A stretch of 64,000 nt of DNA from the IMG/VR virus record IMGVR_UViG_3300035661_000001, positions 186,001 through 250,000 of that record. The stretch is one strand, 5' to 3'. The number at the start of each line of letters is the position of its first letter. The first letter of the stretch is position 1. The notes beneath the pieces are model-generated. The model was not told where the DNA came from and made no database searches. It worked only from the letters and a program-made list of their open reading frames with translations. Below are positions 1-10,174 of this stretch, one piece after another. Position numbers and translations under genes: made by a program.

Positions 1-2
1 CC

Positions 3-194
3 CGTGGCAAATGGTATTTGGCAACTTTAACTATTTCCGTCGAAACAGCATTGGCAGATAGACGAGCTATTATTCAACAAGCTGTATTAGAAGATAATAT
101 AAAGGTTGAAGTTAAGATTCAATCTTTTACATCTGGATTTTATATTCCAGAAATGTTATCTGAAGTTAAAGAGTCAACATTACAATATAATTGA
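3..194 (+). CDS. Partial hypothetical protein (5' end outside window)
   Basis: Frame 3 is open from the window start to TGA 192-194 (RGKWYLATLTISVETA...ESTLQYN); not in the ORF track. Confidence 0.55.
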   Translation, partial: RGKWYLATLTISVETALADRRAIIQQAVLEDNIKVEVKIQSFTSGFYIPEMLSEVKESTLQYN

Positions 195-223
195 CACATT
201 GAATTTATGTTATATGACTGTAT

Positions 224-1330
224 ATGACAAATGCGTTGAATCTTCAAGAAATTGATCAAGAGCAAGCTCTTAATTTAAATAAGTTTTTTATTAAATCACA
301 TCAAAATATTTTTTTATTTGGACGTCGAGGAGTTGGTAAAACTCATATTGCATTACAGGCAATAAAAGAATGTGGATTTAAAATAAATTATATCAATCTA
401 AGCGTACTAGAAAGACCAGATTTAGCTGGATATCCAGATATTCATTCCCCTGGGGATGTGGTAAATTTTAAATCCCCTGCTTATTTGCCTTCTTTAAAAG
501 ACGCATCTCCTGATAGCGTTATTTTATTTGATGAAGTAGATAAAGCTCCACCAGAAATTACCGCTCCATTATTAGAGATTTTACAATTCAAGCAAATAAA
601 TGGTAATAAAATTAATGCTCTTTGCTGCATATTAACTGGTAATTTATCTAATGAAGGAACTTATTCCAACGCTATTAATTCTGCCTTATTAGATAGAGGC
701 GCTAAATACATATTATCCTTCAATTTTGAAAAATGGGTTGATTGGGCAAAATCAAATCAAGTCCATGATTTGATTTTAGGTTTTCTTCGAAGTAATCCAG
801 AATTTGCTTGCGGCAAGATAGATGACGCCTGTTATGCATCTCCATCACCTAGAGGTTGGACTATGGCATCAGAAGCGCTGATCAAAGCTAAAGAATTAAA
901 AATTATTGATATTGACACTGTAACTCATATTATTTCCGGTTTTGTGGGAAATGAAGCGGGATTAAGATTTAAATTATGGTATGAACATTATCGTAAATTT
1001 GAACCATTTGTACATACATTAATATATTCTGGCAATTTAACAATAGACTATAACGAATTAACACCTACCGAAAAAATTATATTTGTAATAACAGCTTGTT
1101 ATTATGCTAAACAAAAATTAATGGAGCCTACCAAAAAGAATAGGTTTTTACCATTAGATAATTTGTGTAAATTTTTGACTACTAATAAAGTAGACTATGA
1201 AGTCCAAGTAATGGGCTTGTATAATAGTTTTGATTTCGATTATGTTATTAAAAACAAATTATATGAATGTAAACCATTTTTCGAATTATTCACTAAGATC
1301 AGTGAAAGCGTAACTATTAAAGGAAAATAA
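224..1330 (+). CDS. MoxR-like AAA+ ATPase
   Basis: Walker A GRRGVGKT, Walker B ILFDEVDK, SALLDR sensor/arginine finger, SPRGW motif. Confidence 0.8.
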   Translation: MTNALNLQEIDQEQALNLNKFFIKSHQNIFLFGRRGVGKTHIALQAIKECGFKINYINLSVLERPDLAGYPDIHSPGDVVNFKSPAYLPSLKDASPDSVILFDEVDKAPPEITAPLLEILQFKQINGNKINALCCILTGNLSNEGTYSNAINSALLDRGAKYILSFNFEKWVDWAKSNQVHDLILGFLRSNPEFACGKIDDACYASPSPRGWTMASEALIKAKELKIIDIDTVTHIISGFVGNEAGLRFKLWYEHYRKFEPFVHTLIYSGNLTIDYNELTPTEKIIFVITACYYAKQKLMEPTKKNRFLPLDNLCKFLTTNKVDYEVQVMGLYNSFDFDYVIKNKLYECKPFFELFTKISESVTIKGK

Positions 1331-1331
1331 T

Positions 1332-1646
1332 ATGAGTTTAAAAATTGTAGATGATTCTTCTTTTGATAAAGAAGTTTTGAAATCTGAGACTCCTGTTCTA
1401 GTTGATTTCTCAGCCGCGTGGTGCGGTCCTTGTAAAAGACAGCTCCCTGTATTAGAGGAAGCTCAAAACGAATATAATGAATCAGTTAAGTTCGTTAAAA
1501 TTGATGTAGATGATAGTCCTGAGACTGCTGCAAAATTCAAAGTAAGAAGTATCCCAACAATTATTTTATTCAAACAAGGGGTACCTTCTAAAAATCATAC
1601 AGGTTTAATGTCAAAATCTGTGTTACAAAAATTTATTAGTGAATGA
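1332..1646 (+). CDS. trxA: Thioredoxin
   Basis: WCGPC active site, IPT cis-Pro motif, 104 aa. Confidence 0.95.
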   Translation: MSLKIVDDSSFDKEVLKSETPVLVDFSAAWCGPCKRQLPVLEEAQNEYNESVKFVKIDVDDSPETAAKFKVRSIPTIILFKQGVPSKNHTGLMSKSVLQKFISE

Positions 1647-2098
1647 TTAAAGGTAAAAAAATGGATAAATATTTTTCTGGAGGAGACGTAATGGAAGATG
1701 GATTGCAATATGCTGCAAAAGCATTTAAGAAAAAATCTTACAAAGGTCTTGAGGATTTTGGTCTCACCGAAGCGTCAGATTATGTTGATTTAAACAAAGA
1801 ATATGGTTTGCTATCATATTACGATGTTTATTCAAATAAAAATAAAATACCAAATCTTTTCAATTTCCTAGCAAATTCGATTGAAGCTGGTCAATGGTCA
1901 CTTCTTGACTTGAATCAGGTACAGATAGATGTTACTCGACATTTTAAGTATCTAGCTTTGAAGAAAGCTTATACAGAATTAGCTGTTGAAGCAAAAGGTA
2001 TTTTGTATTATGATAGTTCAGGTTTTCATATAGAAGAACATACATTTGAAAACTTAGATGAAGTTAAAAGAGCTCTAGCTAATAAAATGTTTCTATGA
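1643..2098 (+). CDS. Hypothetical protein
   Basis: ORF track; operon overlaps; ends VKRALANKMFL. Confidence 0.6.
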   Translation: MIKGKKMDKYFSGGDVMEDGLQYAAKAFKKKSYKGLEDFGLTEASDYVDLNKEYGLLSYYDVYSNKNKIPNLFNFLANSIEAGQWSLLDLNQVQIDVTRHFKYLALKKAYTELAVEAKGILYYDSSGFHIEEHTFENLDEVKRALANKMFL

Positions 2099-2334
2099 AA
2101 AAATCGAAATCTATAAAAGTAGAAATTCCTTCTAAATCTTGGGAAATTATAGCAACTAAAGATATTAAATATGAATCTATTCCCTATTTAGAGTTAATGC
2201 AATGGATAATGAATAGTGTTCCACAGGGTACAGATTTAAAAGATATCAAACTAGAATTTGATATCGACTATAAAAAAGATTATTACGACGAATTTACTAT
2301 TGATGCAGAAATGCATTTGAAAATTTATAAATAG
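2095..2334 (+). CDS. Hypothetical protein
   Basis: ORF track; ATGA overlap with upstream gene. Confidence 0.55.
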   Translation: MKKSKSIKVEIPSKSWEIIATKDIKYESIPYLELMQWIMNSVPQGTDLKDIKLEFDIDYKKDYYDEFTIDAEMHLKIYK

Positions 2335-2342
2335 GATTTAAA

Positions 2343-3287
2343 ATGTTAAAAGTTATACTTACGGTCGGCTGCCCAGCAAGTGGTAAATCCACGTGGGCAA
2401 AAGCAGAAATTGCTAAAGACCCTATTAATTGGGTCAGGATCAATAATGATGATCTTAGAAGCATGACCAACGGAACCGTATTTTCTGCTGAATACGAAAA
2501 ATTAATTACGGATACTCGTAATTTTCTTATCAAAGAAGCATTGAAAAGAAATAAGAATGTTATTATTGATAACGTTAATGCTAACAAAAGACATTGGCAA
2601 GATGTTTGTAAATTAGCAGAAGAAGCAAATAGAGATATTCAAGTTTTTGAAAAACCATTCTATGCACCACTTGACGAATTAATTGCTAGAGATTCTCAAA
2701 GAGAAGGTAAAGCGAAAGTCGGCGAAGTAGTCATCAAGAAATTTTTCAAAGATCTTGGAAAAGATCAATTCAAATTCCAAAATACTAGAACGGAAATCTT
2801 TAAGAAAAAAGATAGAATTGCTGATAATAATTTCGTTGCAGCTAAACAAAATGAAAAACTTGAGCGAGCTTATTTAGTAGATCTTGACGGCACAGTAGCC
2901 GATCTATCTCACAGAAGCTCTCCATATGCCGCTAATGAATGTTTATATGATAGCCCAATAAAACCAGTTATAGAGACAATTATCTCTTTATATAAAACCG
3001 GAAGTAAAATTATTTTTATGTCTGGTAGAAGCAATCAGTTTAAAGATTTATCCGAACAATGGATTAATGAATATATTCAAATTGACGGCACTCCAATAAA
3101 ATATGAATTATTCATGCGTTCTGCTGGAGATCAGCGCGGCGACCAAATTATCAAAAAAGAATTATTTGAGAAGCATGTTAAAAATAATTATTATACTATT
3201 GCTGTTTTTGATGACCGCCCAAAAGTAATAAGAATGTGGCGAAGTATTGGTTTAACTGTTTTTCAATTAAATGATGTAGAATTTTAA
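2343..3287 (+). CDS. pseT: Polynucleotide 5'-kinase/3'-phosphatase (T4 PseT-like)
   Basis: Kinase P-loop GCPASGKST with RINND motif; HAD phosphatase DLDGT, MSGR and FDDR motifs. Confidence 0.92.
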   Translation: MLKVILTVGCPASGKSTWAKAEIAKDPINWVRINNDDLRSMTNGTVFSAEYEKLITDTRNFLIKEALKRNKNVIIDNVNANKRHWQDVCKLAEEANRDIQVFEKPFYAPLDELIARDSQREGKAKVGEVVIKKFFKDLGKDQFKFQNTRTEIFKKKDRIADNNFVAAKQNEKLERAYLVDLDGTVADLSHRSSPYAANECLYDSPIKPVIETIISLYKTGSKIIFMSGRSNQFKDLSEQWINEYIQIDGTPIKYELFMRSAGDQRGDQIIKKELFEKHVKNNYYTIAVFDDRPKVIRMWRSIGLTVFQLNDVEF

Positions 3288-3317
3288 AAATTATAGTTAT
3301 AATCACATATAATAGTT

Positions 3318-4241
3318 ATGAGAAATTACTTTATAATATGTTGTATGTGTGGTGTTGAAAAACATTTTAAATATAAATCTAAATTCATTTTATATGAAGG
3401 AAAACAATATTTTTGTTCTTCATGTAAAAAGAAAAATTCTTTAAATACAAGAACCAGATCTTGTCCTAAATGTACAAGATCTATTACTCATCAAAGTCCA
3501 AATGCCGCGCATCGAGCTAAAGAATTAAATTCTATTTGTAAAAACTGTAAATCAAATCAAATACCAGAAATTCTATCTGAAGAACAACAACAAATTTTAA
3601 ATGGTTTGATGTTAGGTGATGGTAGTATTGTATTCCCGCATAAAAAAAGATCTGGGCACCCAAGATTATCTATTACTCGACAAATACAAGATAAAGATTA
3701 TCTATTTTGGCAATATGAAATTTTTAAAAATTTCTATGGTACGCCACCTAAATATAATAAATTTTATCATAATAAAGTTGATAAGTACTACGAAAATTTT
3801 GCATGTAGAACTAAAACTGGTCAAGTTTTTACCGATTACTATAATAAATGGTATCTTAATAAAAAGAAAATTGTTCCACAAGATCTAGAGTTAACACCAT
3901 TAACAATTTTAATATGGTTTCTAGATGATGGTTGTGTGGTAAAATCATCCGAAAATGGATTAACAATTAAGTTTTCAACTGATGGATTTACTAAATCAGA
4001 TACTAATCATCTAGCAGTATTACTTGAATCATTTATTCATGAAAAAATAAATGTATATAAAAATGGCAGCGGTTTTATATTAAAAGCCGCAACTTTAGCC
4101 GCCATTAAAATAATCAAAATTATTGATCCAATTTTCCCTAATTGTATGGAAAGAAAAAGAACATGGAAAAATTTCAATTGGGATTATTTTAATAAAAATC
4201 AGAACCAATTTGGTGGTCAAAAACTACAATCTGTAGCTTAA
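3318..4241 (+). CDS. Free-standing LAGLIDADG homing endonuclease with N-terminal Cys-rich zinc-binding region
   Basis: Two motifs LNGLMLGDGS and LIWFLDDG; several CxxC pairs in the N-terminus. Confidence 0.85.
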   Translation: MRNYFIICCMCGVEKHFKYKSKFILYEGKQYFCSSCKKKNSLNTRTRSCPKCTRSITHQSPNAAHRAKELNSICKNCKSNQIPEILSEEQQQILNGLMLGDGSIVFPHKKRSGHPRLSITRQIQDKDYLFWQYEIFKNFYGTPPKYNKFYHNKVDKYYENFACRTKTGQVFTDYYNKWYLNKKKIVPQDLELTPLTILIWFLDDGCVVKSSENGLTIKFSTDGFTKSDTNHLAVLLESFIHEKINVYKNGSGFILKAATLAAIKIIKIIDPIFPNCMERKRTWKNFNWDYFNKNQNQFGGQKLQSVA

Positions 4242-4272
4242 CCCATCAGCACAAGCTAGTTGAGGAGAGCAT

Positions 4273-4503
4273 ATGGAAGCTGGTATATTAGCAATAATCA
4301 TTATTTATGGTTTGTACGTACTCTTAGTAAAAGGAGTTCTATGGAAATTAATTGTTGCCATTTTCGGATGGTTTGGCATGTTCATATTTTTAGAAACTTA
4401 CATACCAGCTTCTAAAACTCCTTGTCTGAGTTTATTTTCATGGTCAGAAGTAATTCCTGCCGTGATTGTTTTGTTGGCAATGTCGTATTCAAAATCTGAA
4501 TGA
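4273..4503 (+). CDS. Small membrane protein
   Basis: GAGGAG SD; three hydrophobic segments. Confidence 0.65.
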   Translation: MEAGILAIIIIYGLYVLLVKGVLWKLIVAIFGWFGMFIFLETYIPASKTPCLSLFSWSEVIPAVIVLLAMSYSKSE

Positions 4504-4524
4504 TTCTATCATTATAACAACATG

Positions 4525-4551
4525 AATATATGTTTAACACAAACATATATT
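4525..4551 (+). promoter_or_regulatory. 11-bp perfect hairpin abutting the SD (GGAG 4552-4555) of an HNH gene
   Basis: AATATATGTTT-aacac-AAACATATATT. Confidence 0.5.
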
Positions 4552-4561
4552 GGAGTAGTTA

Positions 4562-5134
4562 ATGAGAAATAGAAAAGATTTGAGTGGTTTAAAATTTAAA
4601 ATGCTAACGGTGTTAGCATTTGATCATAGCTCAACCACAGGGCAATCATATTATAAATGTTTATGTGAGTGTGGTAAAGAAAAAATTATTCGTTCGTCAA
4701 ATTTTACACATGGCAATACAATTAGTTGTGGTTGTTATTCAAAATTTGAAAAGAACAAATGGTTACGAACTACTTCCCCTCATCTCCTTACGCCTAAAAG
4801 AGTTTGGAGAGCAAATTACATGGATGGTTGTAGTTTTGAAAAATTTCTCAAATTATCACAACAAAATTGTTATTATTGCGAATCACCACCATCAAACAGA
4901 TCAAATGTTTATTCTGACAGAATGAAAAAAGGTACTATTTCAAAAGAATGGTTTGAGAAATGTTGGTGGACATATAATGGTTTAGATCGTATCGATAGCT
5001 CACAAAATCACAACGAAAATAATATAGTGCCATGTTGTATTTTATGCAATCAAGCTAAAAATAACATGTCCGTCGATGATTTCAAATCATGGATAAATTT
5101 GATTTATAAAAACTTTATATTGAAAGAAAATTAA
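4562..5134 (+). CDS. HNH homing endonuclease
   Basis: N-terminal KDLSG..F..LTV...C.CECG; CYYC; GLDRIDS..H...NIVPCC..CN.AK. Confidence 0.85.
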   Translation: MRNRKDLSGLKFKMLTVLAFDHSSTTGQSYYKCLCECGKEKIIRSSNFTHGNTISCGCYSKFEKNKWLRTTSPHLLTPKRVWRANYMDGCSFEKFLKLSQQNCYYCESPPSNRSNVYSDRMKKGTISKEWFEKCWWTYNGLDRIDSSQNHNENNIVPCCILCNQAKNNMSVDDFKSWINLIYKNFILKEN

Positions 5135-5347
5135 ATGAAAGAAAAGAAATTATTTAATGAAGATGGAAATCCTAGTGTTCATGGATTAAAATCTTTACAA
5201 TTTATTAAAGATGAAGTTGAGTTAACATTTGATTCTCTATCCTTGACATCTTTGTCAGATGCGCAAGTTAGATTATTGGGCAGCTGGCTGCATAAATTAA
5301 TTGGTAATAAAGTTACTGACATTTTAGCTAGTCGGACAAACAAATGA
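5135..5347 (+). CDS. Hypothetical protein
   Basis: ORF track; adjacent to upstream stop. Confidence 0.55.
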   Translation: MKEKKLFNEDGNPSVHGLKSLQFIKDEVELTFDSLSLTSLSDAQVRLLGSWLHKLIGNKVTDILASRTNK

Positions 5348-5802
5348 GTTGGGCTGGATGCAATTTTCATTGCATTAAATGTGGATCTTCTTTAGAAGAA
5401 GAAACTCCTCCTGAACCAGTAATGGATATTTGGGATTTTGATTCTGAAGAAGAATTTACAGAATATTGCAAAACTTTAGCATACAAATATAGTAATTTGT
5501 ATTATAATACTTTTGGCAACTCAAATACTTATCATTGTAAAAATGAAAACTGTTCGTGTAAGGAAATTCATTCTGTGACACTTTTTCATCCATTAGGTGA
5601 TATTGGTGGTTCTGCTGGTGAATCTTTAGCTTTTGGAATACAGTGTAATACTGGAAATGACATTTTTTGTTTTATGTGTGGCAGCATTGTTGATAAAAAC
5701 AAAATGTGTTGCACGGGTAAAAAATGTTGTTTTAATTTTGATCATTGTTTAGATATTATAGACACTCCGAAAACAGTTTTCGGATTAGGTTTTATTAAGT
5801 AG
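5344..5802 (+). CDS. Cys-rich hypothetical protein (putative zinc-binding)
   Basis: Multiple CxxC and CC motifs; ends in TAG. Confidence 0.55.
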   Translation: MSWAGCNFHCIKCGSSLEEETPPEPVMDIWDFDSEEEFTEYCKTLAYKYSNLYYNTFGNSNTYHCKNENCSCKEIHSVTLFHPLGDIGGSAGESLAFGIQCNTGNDIFCFMCGSIVDKNKMCCTGKKCCFNFDHCLDIIDTPKTVFGLGFIK

Positions 5803-5815
5803 TCTGGTAATATGA

Positions 5816-5855
5816 TCATATGTTTATGTTTAATGTTCATACTATAAACATATGA
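5816..5855 (+). promoter_or_regulatory. 12-bp perfect hairpin overlapping the SD (GAGG 5854-5857) of the second HNH gene
   Basis: TCATATGTTTAT-16 nt-ATAAACATATGA. Confidence 0.5.
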
Positions 5856-5861
5856 GGCTTT

Positions 5862-6426
5862 ATGACAATAAGAAAAGATCTATCTGGTAAAAAAATTCAA
5901 TAAGTGGTTTGTATTATCTTTTGACAGTACAAGAACGAAACGCGTTTATTATAATTGCCAATGTGAATGCGGTACAATTAAATCTGTAATGGCTCAAAAT
6001 CTCGTAAAGAATATCTCTAAAAGTTGTGGCTGTTTAAAAATAGCTAATATCACTAGCAGAAAAAGAACTGATCCTAAAAGAGTTACTGCCCATAAAGTTT
6101 GGAAGGCTAGATATTTTGACGGCTGTTCATTTGAAACATTTATGAGAATGTCTCAGCAGAATTGTTATTATTGCGATTCTGTCCCATCTAATTATTGCAA
6201 TGCCTACACTGGTAACAACCCAATAATCAAACGCTCCCCTGATTGGGTAAAATTACATAATTTTACTTATAATGGTTTGGATCGTATAGATTCTTCTAAA
6301 AATCATGCAGAAGATAATATCGTCCCCTGTTGCGCTATTTGTAACAAGGCGAAAAACGATCTTTCATTAGAAAAATTCAAATCTTGGATACAAAGGTTGT
6401 ATAACCATTTTATAGATAGAAAATAA
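5862..6426 (+). pseudogene. HNH endonuclease paralog of 4562-5134, frameshifted in an A7 run (5889-5895)
   Basis: ATG 5862 gives MTIRKDLSGKK; removing one A continues FNKWFVLSFD...CQCECG into ORF 5989-6426, colinear with the paralog. Confidence 0.8.
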
Positions 6427-6427
6427 T

Positions 6428-7642
6428 ATGCCACTACTAGTTCAAGAATATTTAAAAACTCATAGCTTCAAACAGTTAGCTGAAGAACATGGAGTGTATG
6501 CTTCTTTCTCTACACTTGGTCATAAATGGTCTCTTAATTACGACCAACTTGAGGCTAAAGAAAACGATCCCTTGGCTCAAGAATGCCGTGGATTAATCTT
6601 GTCAACTGTCGCTGGAACAAACTTAACTCTTCACGCTACGGTTGAAAATAACAAAATATGCTATGATAGTATCATTCCTGGCGAAACTGTAATCTTAGCT
6701 TGCCCGTTTTTTAGATTTTTTAATTTGGGAATGGCAGCGGCATATGAGATTGATTTCTCTGATCCTGAAATTGTTATTCAGACAAAATATGATGGTTCTT
6801 TAATTATTGTATATTTCGATCCGTTTATGGATGTTTGGTGCGCTTCGACTCGAAGCTCACCCGATGCTGATATTGTAATGGACAATGCCATTCATACTTT
6901 TAGAAGTTTGTTTGGAACGGCTTGTGAATGTGCTTTAGGCACATCGTTTGCAGATTTAACTGACGAACTTGATAAGAATGTAACATATTGTTTTGAGTTA
7001 ATGACGCCATACAATAGGATCGTTGTTTTTTATGAAAAATATTCTATTGTATTATTGGGTGCCAGAAACAATACATCATTGAAAGAATTTATTGTTTCTA
7101 ATTTTCCTGTACCAGTGGCTCAAGAATTCAAATTCAATGAAGTTAAAGACATTATTGAATATATTAATACAAAAGACCCTTCAGAGATGGAAGGAGTTAT
7201 TGTCAGAGATAAACATTTTAATAGAGTCAAAATCAAAAGTTCAGCTTATGTTCTAGCTCATAAAATGAAAGATCGCATTTCTTCTTCGCCCAGAAACTGT
7301 TTAGAAGTTATTTTATCAGAAAAAGACGATGATATTATCCCTCTTTTGCCTAAAGAAATAGTTTCTAATTTGTTAAAAATGAAAGAAGATGTTAAAAACA
7401 TTATTAAAATGTATGACGATTATTATCATATTATTTTAAATTGTGCAAATACAATTAAAAAAGATGATAAAAAGACATTTGCTTTAATGGTAACTTCTAA
7501 TAAACAAATTTGGTCTGCACCATTATTCCAAATTTATAATGGCAAAGCAACTTCGACAAAAGATTTCATTAAGAAAAATCAAAATGATGGTACTTGGTCG
7601 AATAGTTTTTTGGATAAAATTTTAGAATTATCAAATAATTGA
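6428..7642 (+). CDS. rnlA: RNA ligase 1 (T4 RnlA-like)
   Basis: Motif I KYDGS, FELMTP, EGVIVRD, RVKIKS. Confidence 0.85.
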   Translation: MPLLVQEYLKTHSFKQLAEEHGVYASFSTLGHKWSLNYDQLEAKENDPLAQECRGLILSTVAGTNLTLHATVENNKICYDSIIPGETVILACPFFRFFNLGMAAAYEIDFSDPEIVIQTKYDGSLIIVYFDPFMDVWCASTRSSPDADIVMDNAIHTFRSLFGTACECALGTSFADLTDELDKNVTYCFELMTPYNRIVVFYEKYSIVLLGARNNTSLKEFIVSNFPVPVAQEFKFNEVKDIIEYINTKDPSEMEGVIVRDKHFNRVKIKSSAYVLAHKMKDRISSSPRNCLEVILSEKDDDIIPLLPKEIVSNLLKMKEDVKNIIKMYDDYYHIILNCANTIKKDDKKTFALMVTSNKQIWSAPLFQIYNGKATSTKDFIKKNQNDGTWSNSFLDKILELSNN

Positions 7643-7649
7643 TTGAATC

Positions 7650-7684
7650 AATCCTGAGGTGGTAGTCATCTCAGGATTTTTTTT
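7650..7684 (+). terminator. Rho-independent terminator
   Basis: AATCCTGAGGT/ATCTCAGGATT stem followed by a T run. Confidence 0.8.
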
Positions 7685-7697
7685 GGGGTAAAATAAT

Positions 7698-8246
7698 ATG
7701 AAAACTTTTGTATTTTTATCTGGATTTGCCGTCCCTCCATTTATTTCAAAATCTTCATGGTTTTTTGAGAAGCCATTTTGGGATGATTTTAATTGTGTAT
7801 TTTACAAGAGTAAAACCCCTACTTCTGATAAAATGGTAAATCAAGAGATACATAATCTTAATGAATTGATTAATTCATATCAAGATGTTTCGGTTATTGG
7901 ACATTCTTTAGGTTGTTGGTGGGCTTCTAATTTAGCCTGTCACCCCGGATCTAAAATTAACAAATTAGCACTTTGGACTCCACTAGGAGTAGCTAATGAT
8001 TTTTTCATTTTCCCTGTATCTAATAAAAGTGAACCATTATTCAAACCTACCAAATTATCTCTTATGGGACCAGATAAATCATTTGTTTTTTATGGAAGTG
8101 AAGATTTAATCGTCCCGCCACAGAGACATGCCTTACCCTTAATTAACAAATTTCAAGCTGCTTCTATAGCATTAGATGGTGGTCATATTTGGCAATCTAA
8201 TCATAAACAAGGGCTGACAATATTAAAAGATTGGTTAAAATTGTAA
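7698..8246 (+). CDS. Alpha/beta hydrolase
   Basis: GHSLG nucleophile elbow, GSEDLIVP Asp, GGH His. Confidence 0.8.
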   Translation: MKTFVFLSGFAVPPFISKSSWFFEKPFWDDFNCVFYKSKTPTSDKMVNQEIHNLNELINSYQDVSVIGHSLGCWWASNLACHPGSKINKLALWTPLGVANDFFIFPVSNKSEPLFKPTKLSLMGPDKSFVFYGSEDLIVPPQRHALPLINKFQAASIALDGGHIWQSNHKQGLTILKDWLKL

Positions 8247-8272
8247 TTTCAATCTTGGATATATAAATAGAT

Positions 8273-9016
8273 ATGAGTTCGTATCTATTTGAAAGCGACT
8301 ATAGCGCTGATTCATTACGTTGGATTAGAAAAAAAGAAGAAAGGAAGATTAATTTCAATAGTGTAAAACATTTAAATGCTAACATTAATTTTAATCTTCC
8401 TCTTTTAGAGGACATTCAAAATGAAATCGTAAAAGAAAATGACTCTGCCTTGTCGTATTTTTTTGCAGTAGAGTTTCCATATAAAATGTATCGGATGCAA
8501 AAAATTATTCTGGATAATAAAGATGCTAAATATGCTTTTTTGTTTGCGCAAAACATTAAAGGATGCGATGTAAAAGCTTTACAGCAAGTAGTAATAGAGT
8601 CGAACAAAATTAAATATATTTGCAAATTCGCATGTTTCGTTAAACAAGCAGATTTAAAACCATTAGAATCATTAGTATTAAAATCAAAAAATGTAAAATA
8701 CGCTCACATGTGGTTGAAACACGTAGATAGCGTTAATGTTAATAAGTTCAAAAAAATTATCATAGCTTCCAAAAAACCAAGATATTTATTTGAACTAGTT
8801 AAACATTTAAAAAATCCTAAAGACATATCATTGATTGAAAATTTAATTATTGAAAGCAAATCATTTACTTATATTAAGTTATTTGCTGAAAAAATCAAAT
8901 CAGCTAATGTGGAAAAACTGGAACAAGCAATTTTGGATTCTGGTAATTCTAAAGAGATTAAAAAATTCGCAAAATATGTTAAGAAATCTAAAATGAGAAA
9001 GTTTCTGATAGTATGA
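8273..9016 (+). CDS. Helical-repeat hypothetical protein
   Basis: About 26-aa internal repeats (L..II.SK..KY...FA..VK.A); ends KMRKFLIV. Confidence 0.6.
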   Translation: MSSYLFESDYSADSLRWIRKKEERKINFNSVKHLNANINFNLPLLEDIQNEIVKENDSALSYFFAVEFPYKMYRMQKIILDNKDAKYAFLFAQNIKGCDVKALQQVVIESNKIKYICKFACFVKQADLKPLESLVLKSKNVKYAHMWLKHVDSVNVNKFKKIIIASKKPRYLFELVKHLKNPKDISLIENLIIESKSFTYIKLFAEKIKSANVEKLEQAILDSGNSKEIKKFAKYVKKSKMRKFLIV

Positions 9017-9546
9017 GAAGTTCAGATCATGATTATTATTCTCTCGATGAAATATTAGATTCATATAATTTAGAAATGAAAATTATTTCCACCGTTAGAG
9101 ATAAGTTCCCTGATGCTGGGAAAATGTCATTTATAGGCGACCTTTTTGATGGCTTATCAAAAGGTTTTTTCTATTCCCCCTCTATTGTTACCGATAAGGA
9201 TTTAAAATTAGATTTCAAAGGAAAAAATTGGTATAGTCTTACTGTGACTCCTTATGTCGAAATTTCTTGTTATGATAAGAAAATAAAAGTTTATAATAAT
9301 ATTTTAAAATTCGATTTTTGGAGAGACATATTTGGCATAGAAGTTAAAGAAAATCCCGAAGTACGCTGGAACCATAATGATGAAGTAATGTTGGAATTAG
9401 GTTATAAGCAAGAAGTCATAAAATCAATTTATGACAAAATTCTAGAAAAAATGTCAGAGCACCCTGTTACTAGTAAAGGATATACTGTAAAGTTAATACA
9501 GGATGGTCTTCCAGAATACATTAAGAAATATTTGATACTTTTATGA
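9013..9546 (+). CDS. Hypothetical protein, paralog family with 11624 and 12164
   Basis: Shared K..FPD/N, F.S..V and KK.LI C-terminal patterns. Confidence 0.6.
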   Translation: MRSSDHDYYSLDEILDSYNLEMKIISTVRDKFPDAGKMSFIGDLFDGLSKGFFYSPSIVTDKDLKLDFKGKNWYSLTVTPYVEISCYDKKIKVYNNILKFDFWRDIFGIEVKENPEVRWNHNDEVMLELGYKQEVIKSIYDKILEKMSEHPVTSKGYTVKLIQDGLPEYIKKYLILL

Positions 9547-9638
9547 AAAAAATATATTAAAATTAGAAAGTTGTTATTAAAATTAATGATAAAATAATTA
9601 ATATTCGTCATCAGTCTATTACTAATTATTTAGTAGTA

Positions 9639-9863
9639 ATGCAGGATAAAATAATTGAGTTCGGGGCAGCATCACTAATGAGTTATTCAAATTCAAAATC
9701 ATTGGTTTTAGGATTTCGATGTAACAATGAAATACATTTGGTTGGAATAAATAATATTCGATCTCATTACAAAATTGATCGATTTAATTTTAATCAAAAA
9801 ATTGGTATTGAAATGTTCATGAATGATTGTAAAAATATTTTAAATAAAACTTATACAGATTAA
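9639..9863 (+). CDS. Hypothetical protein
   Basis: ORF track only; follows a very AT-rich gap. Confidence 0.35.
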   Translation: MQDKIIEFGAASLMSYSNSKSLVLGFRCNNEIHLVGINNIRSHYKIDRFNFNQKIGIEMFMNDCKNILNKTYTD

Positions 9864-10174
9864 TCATAAATGAATTTATTCTTTTTTCTTTCTAAATATC
9901 TAAAAGAATTATCATAAAAGTATTTTTCCAATTTTTGTATGTTGCTTTTCTTAGACGAAGCCACCATTCTTTGATTTCTATATATTTTTAATTGTATATT
10001 AAGTGAATCTTCTAATATTGTTTTTATACTTTTGATAAAATCAGTTGATTCTGAATAAATACACCAATATTTTCCACCATCTTTTCTAGTTGAACAACAT
10101 CCGTCTCCATCAAATATGCCTCTAATAAAATGTCTATGAAACTGTTTGTCTATGGTTGGAAATTTTACTATTAA
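9860..10174 (-). pseudogene. C-terminal half of a LAGLIDADG endonuclease (5'-truncated, inverted)
   Basis: LIVKFP...RHFIRGIFDGDG; the upstream in-frame sequence is just the antisense of the RNA ligase fragment. Confidence 0.7.

Noticed and set aside
191-223. Sigma70 promoter at TTGACA 191
   Set aside because: No good -10 element at 16-18 nt spacing
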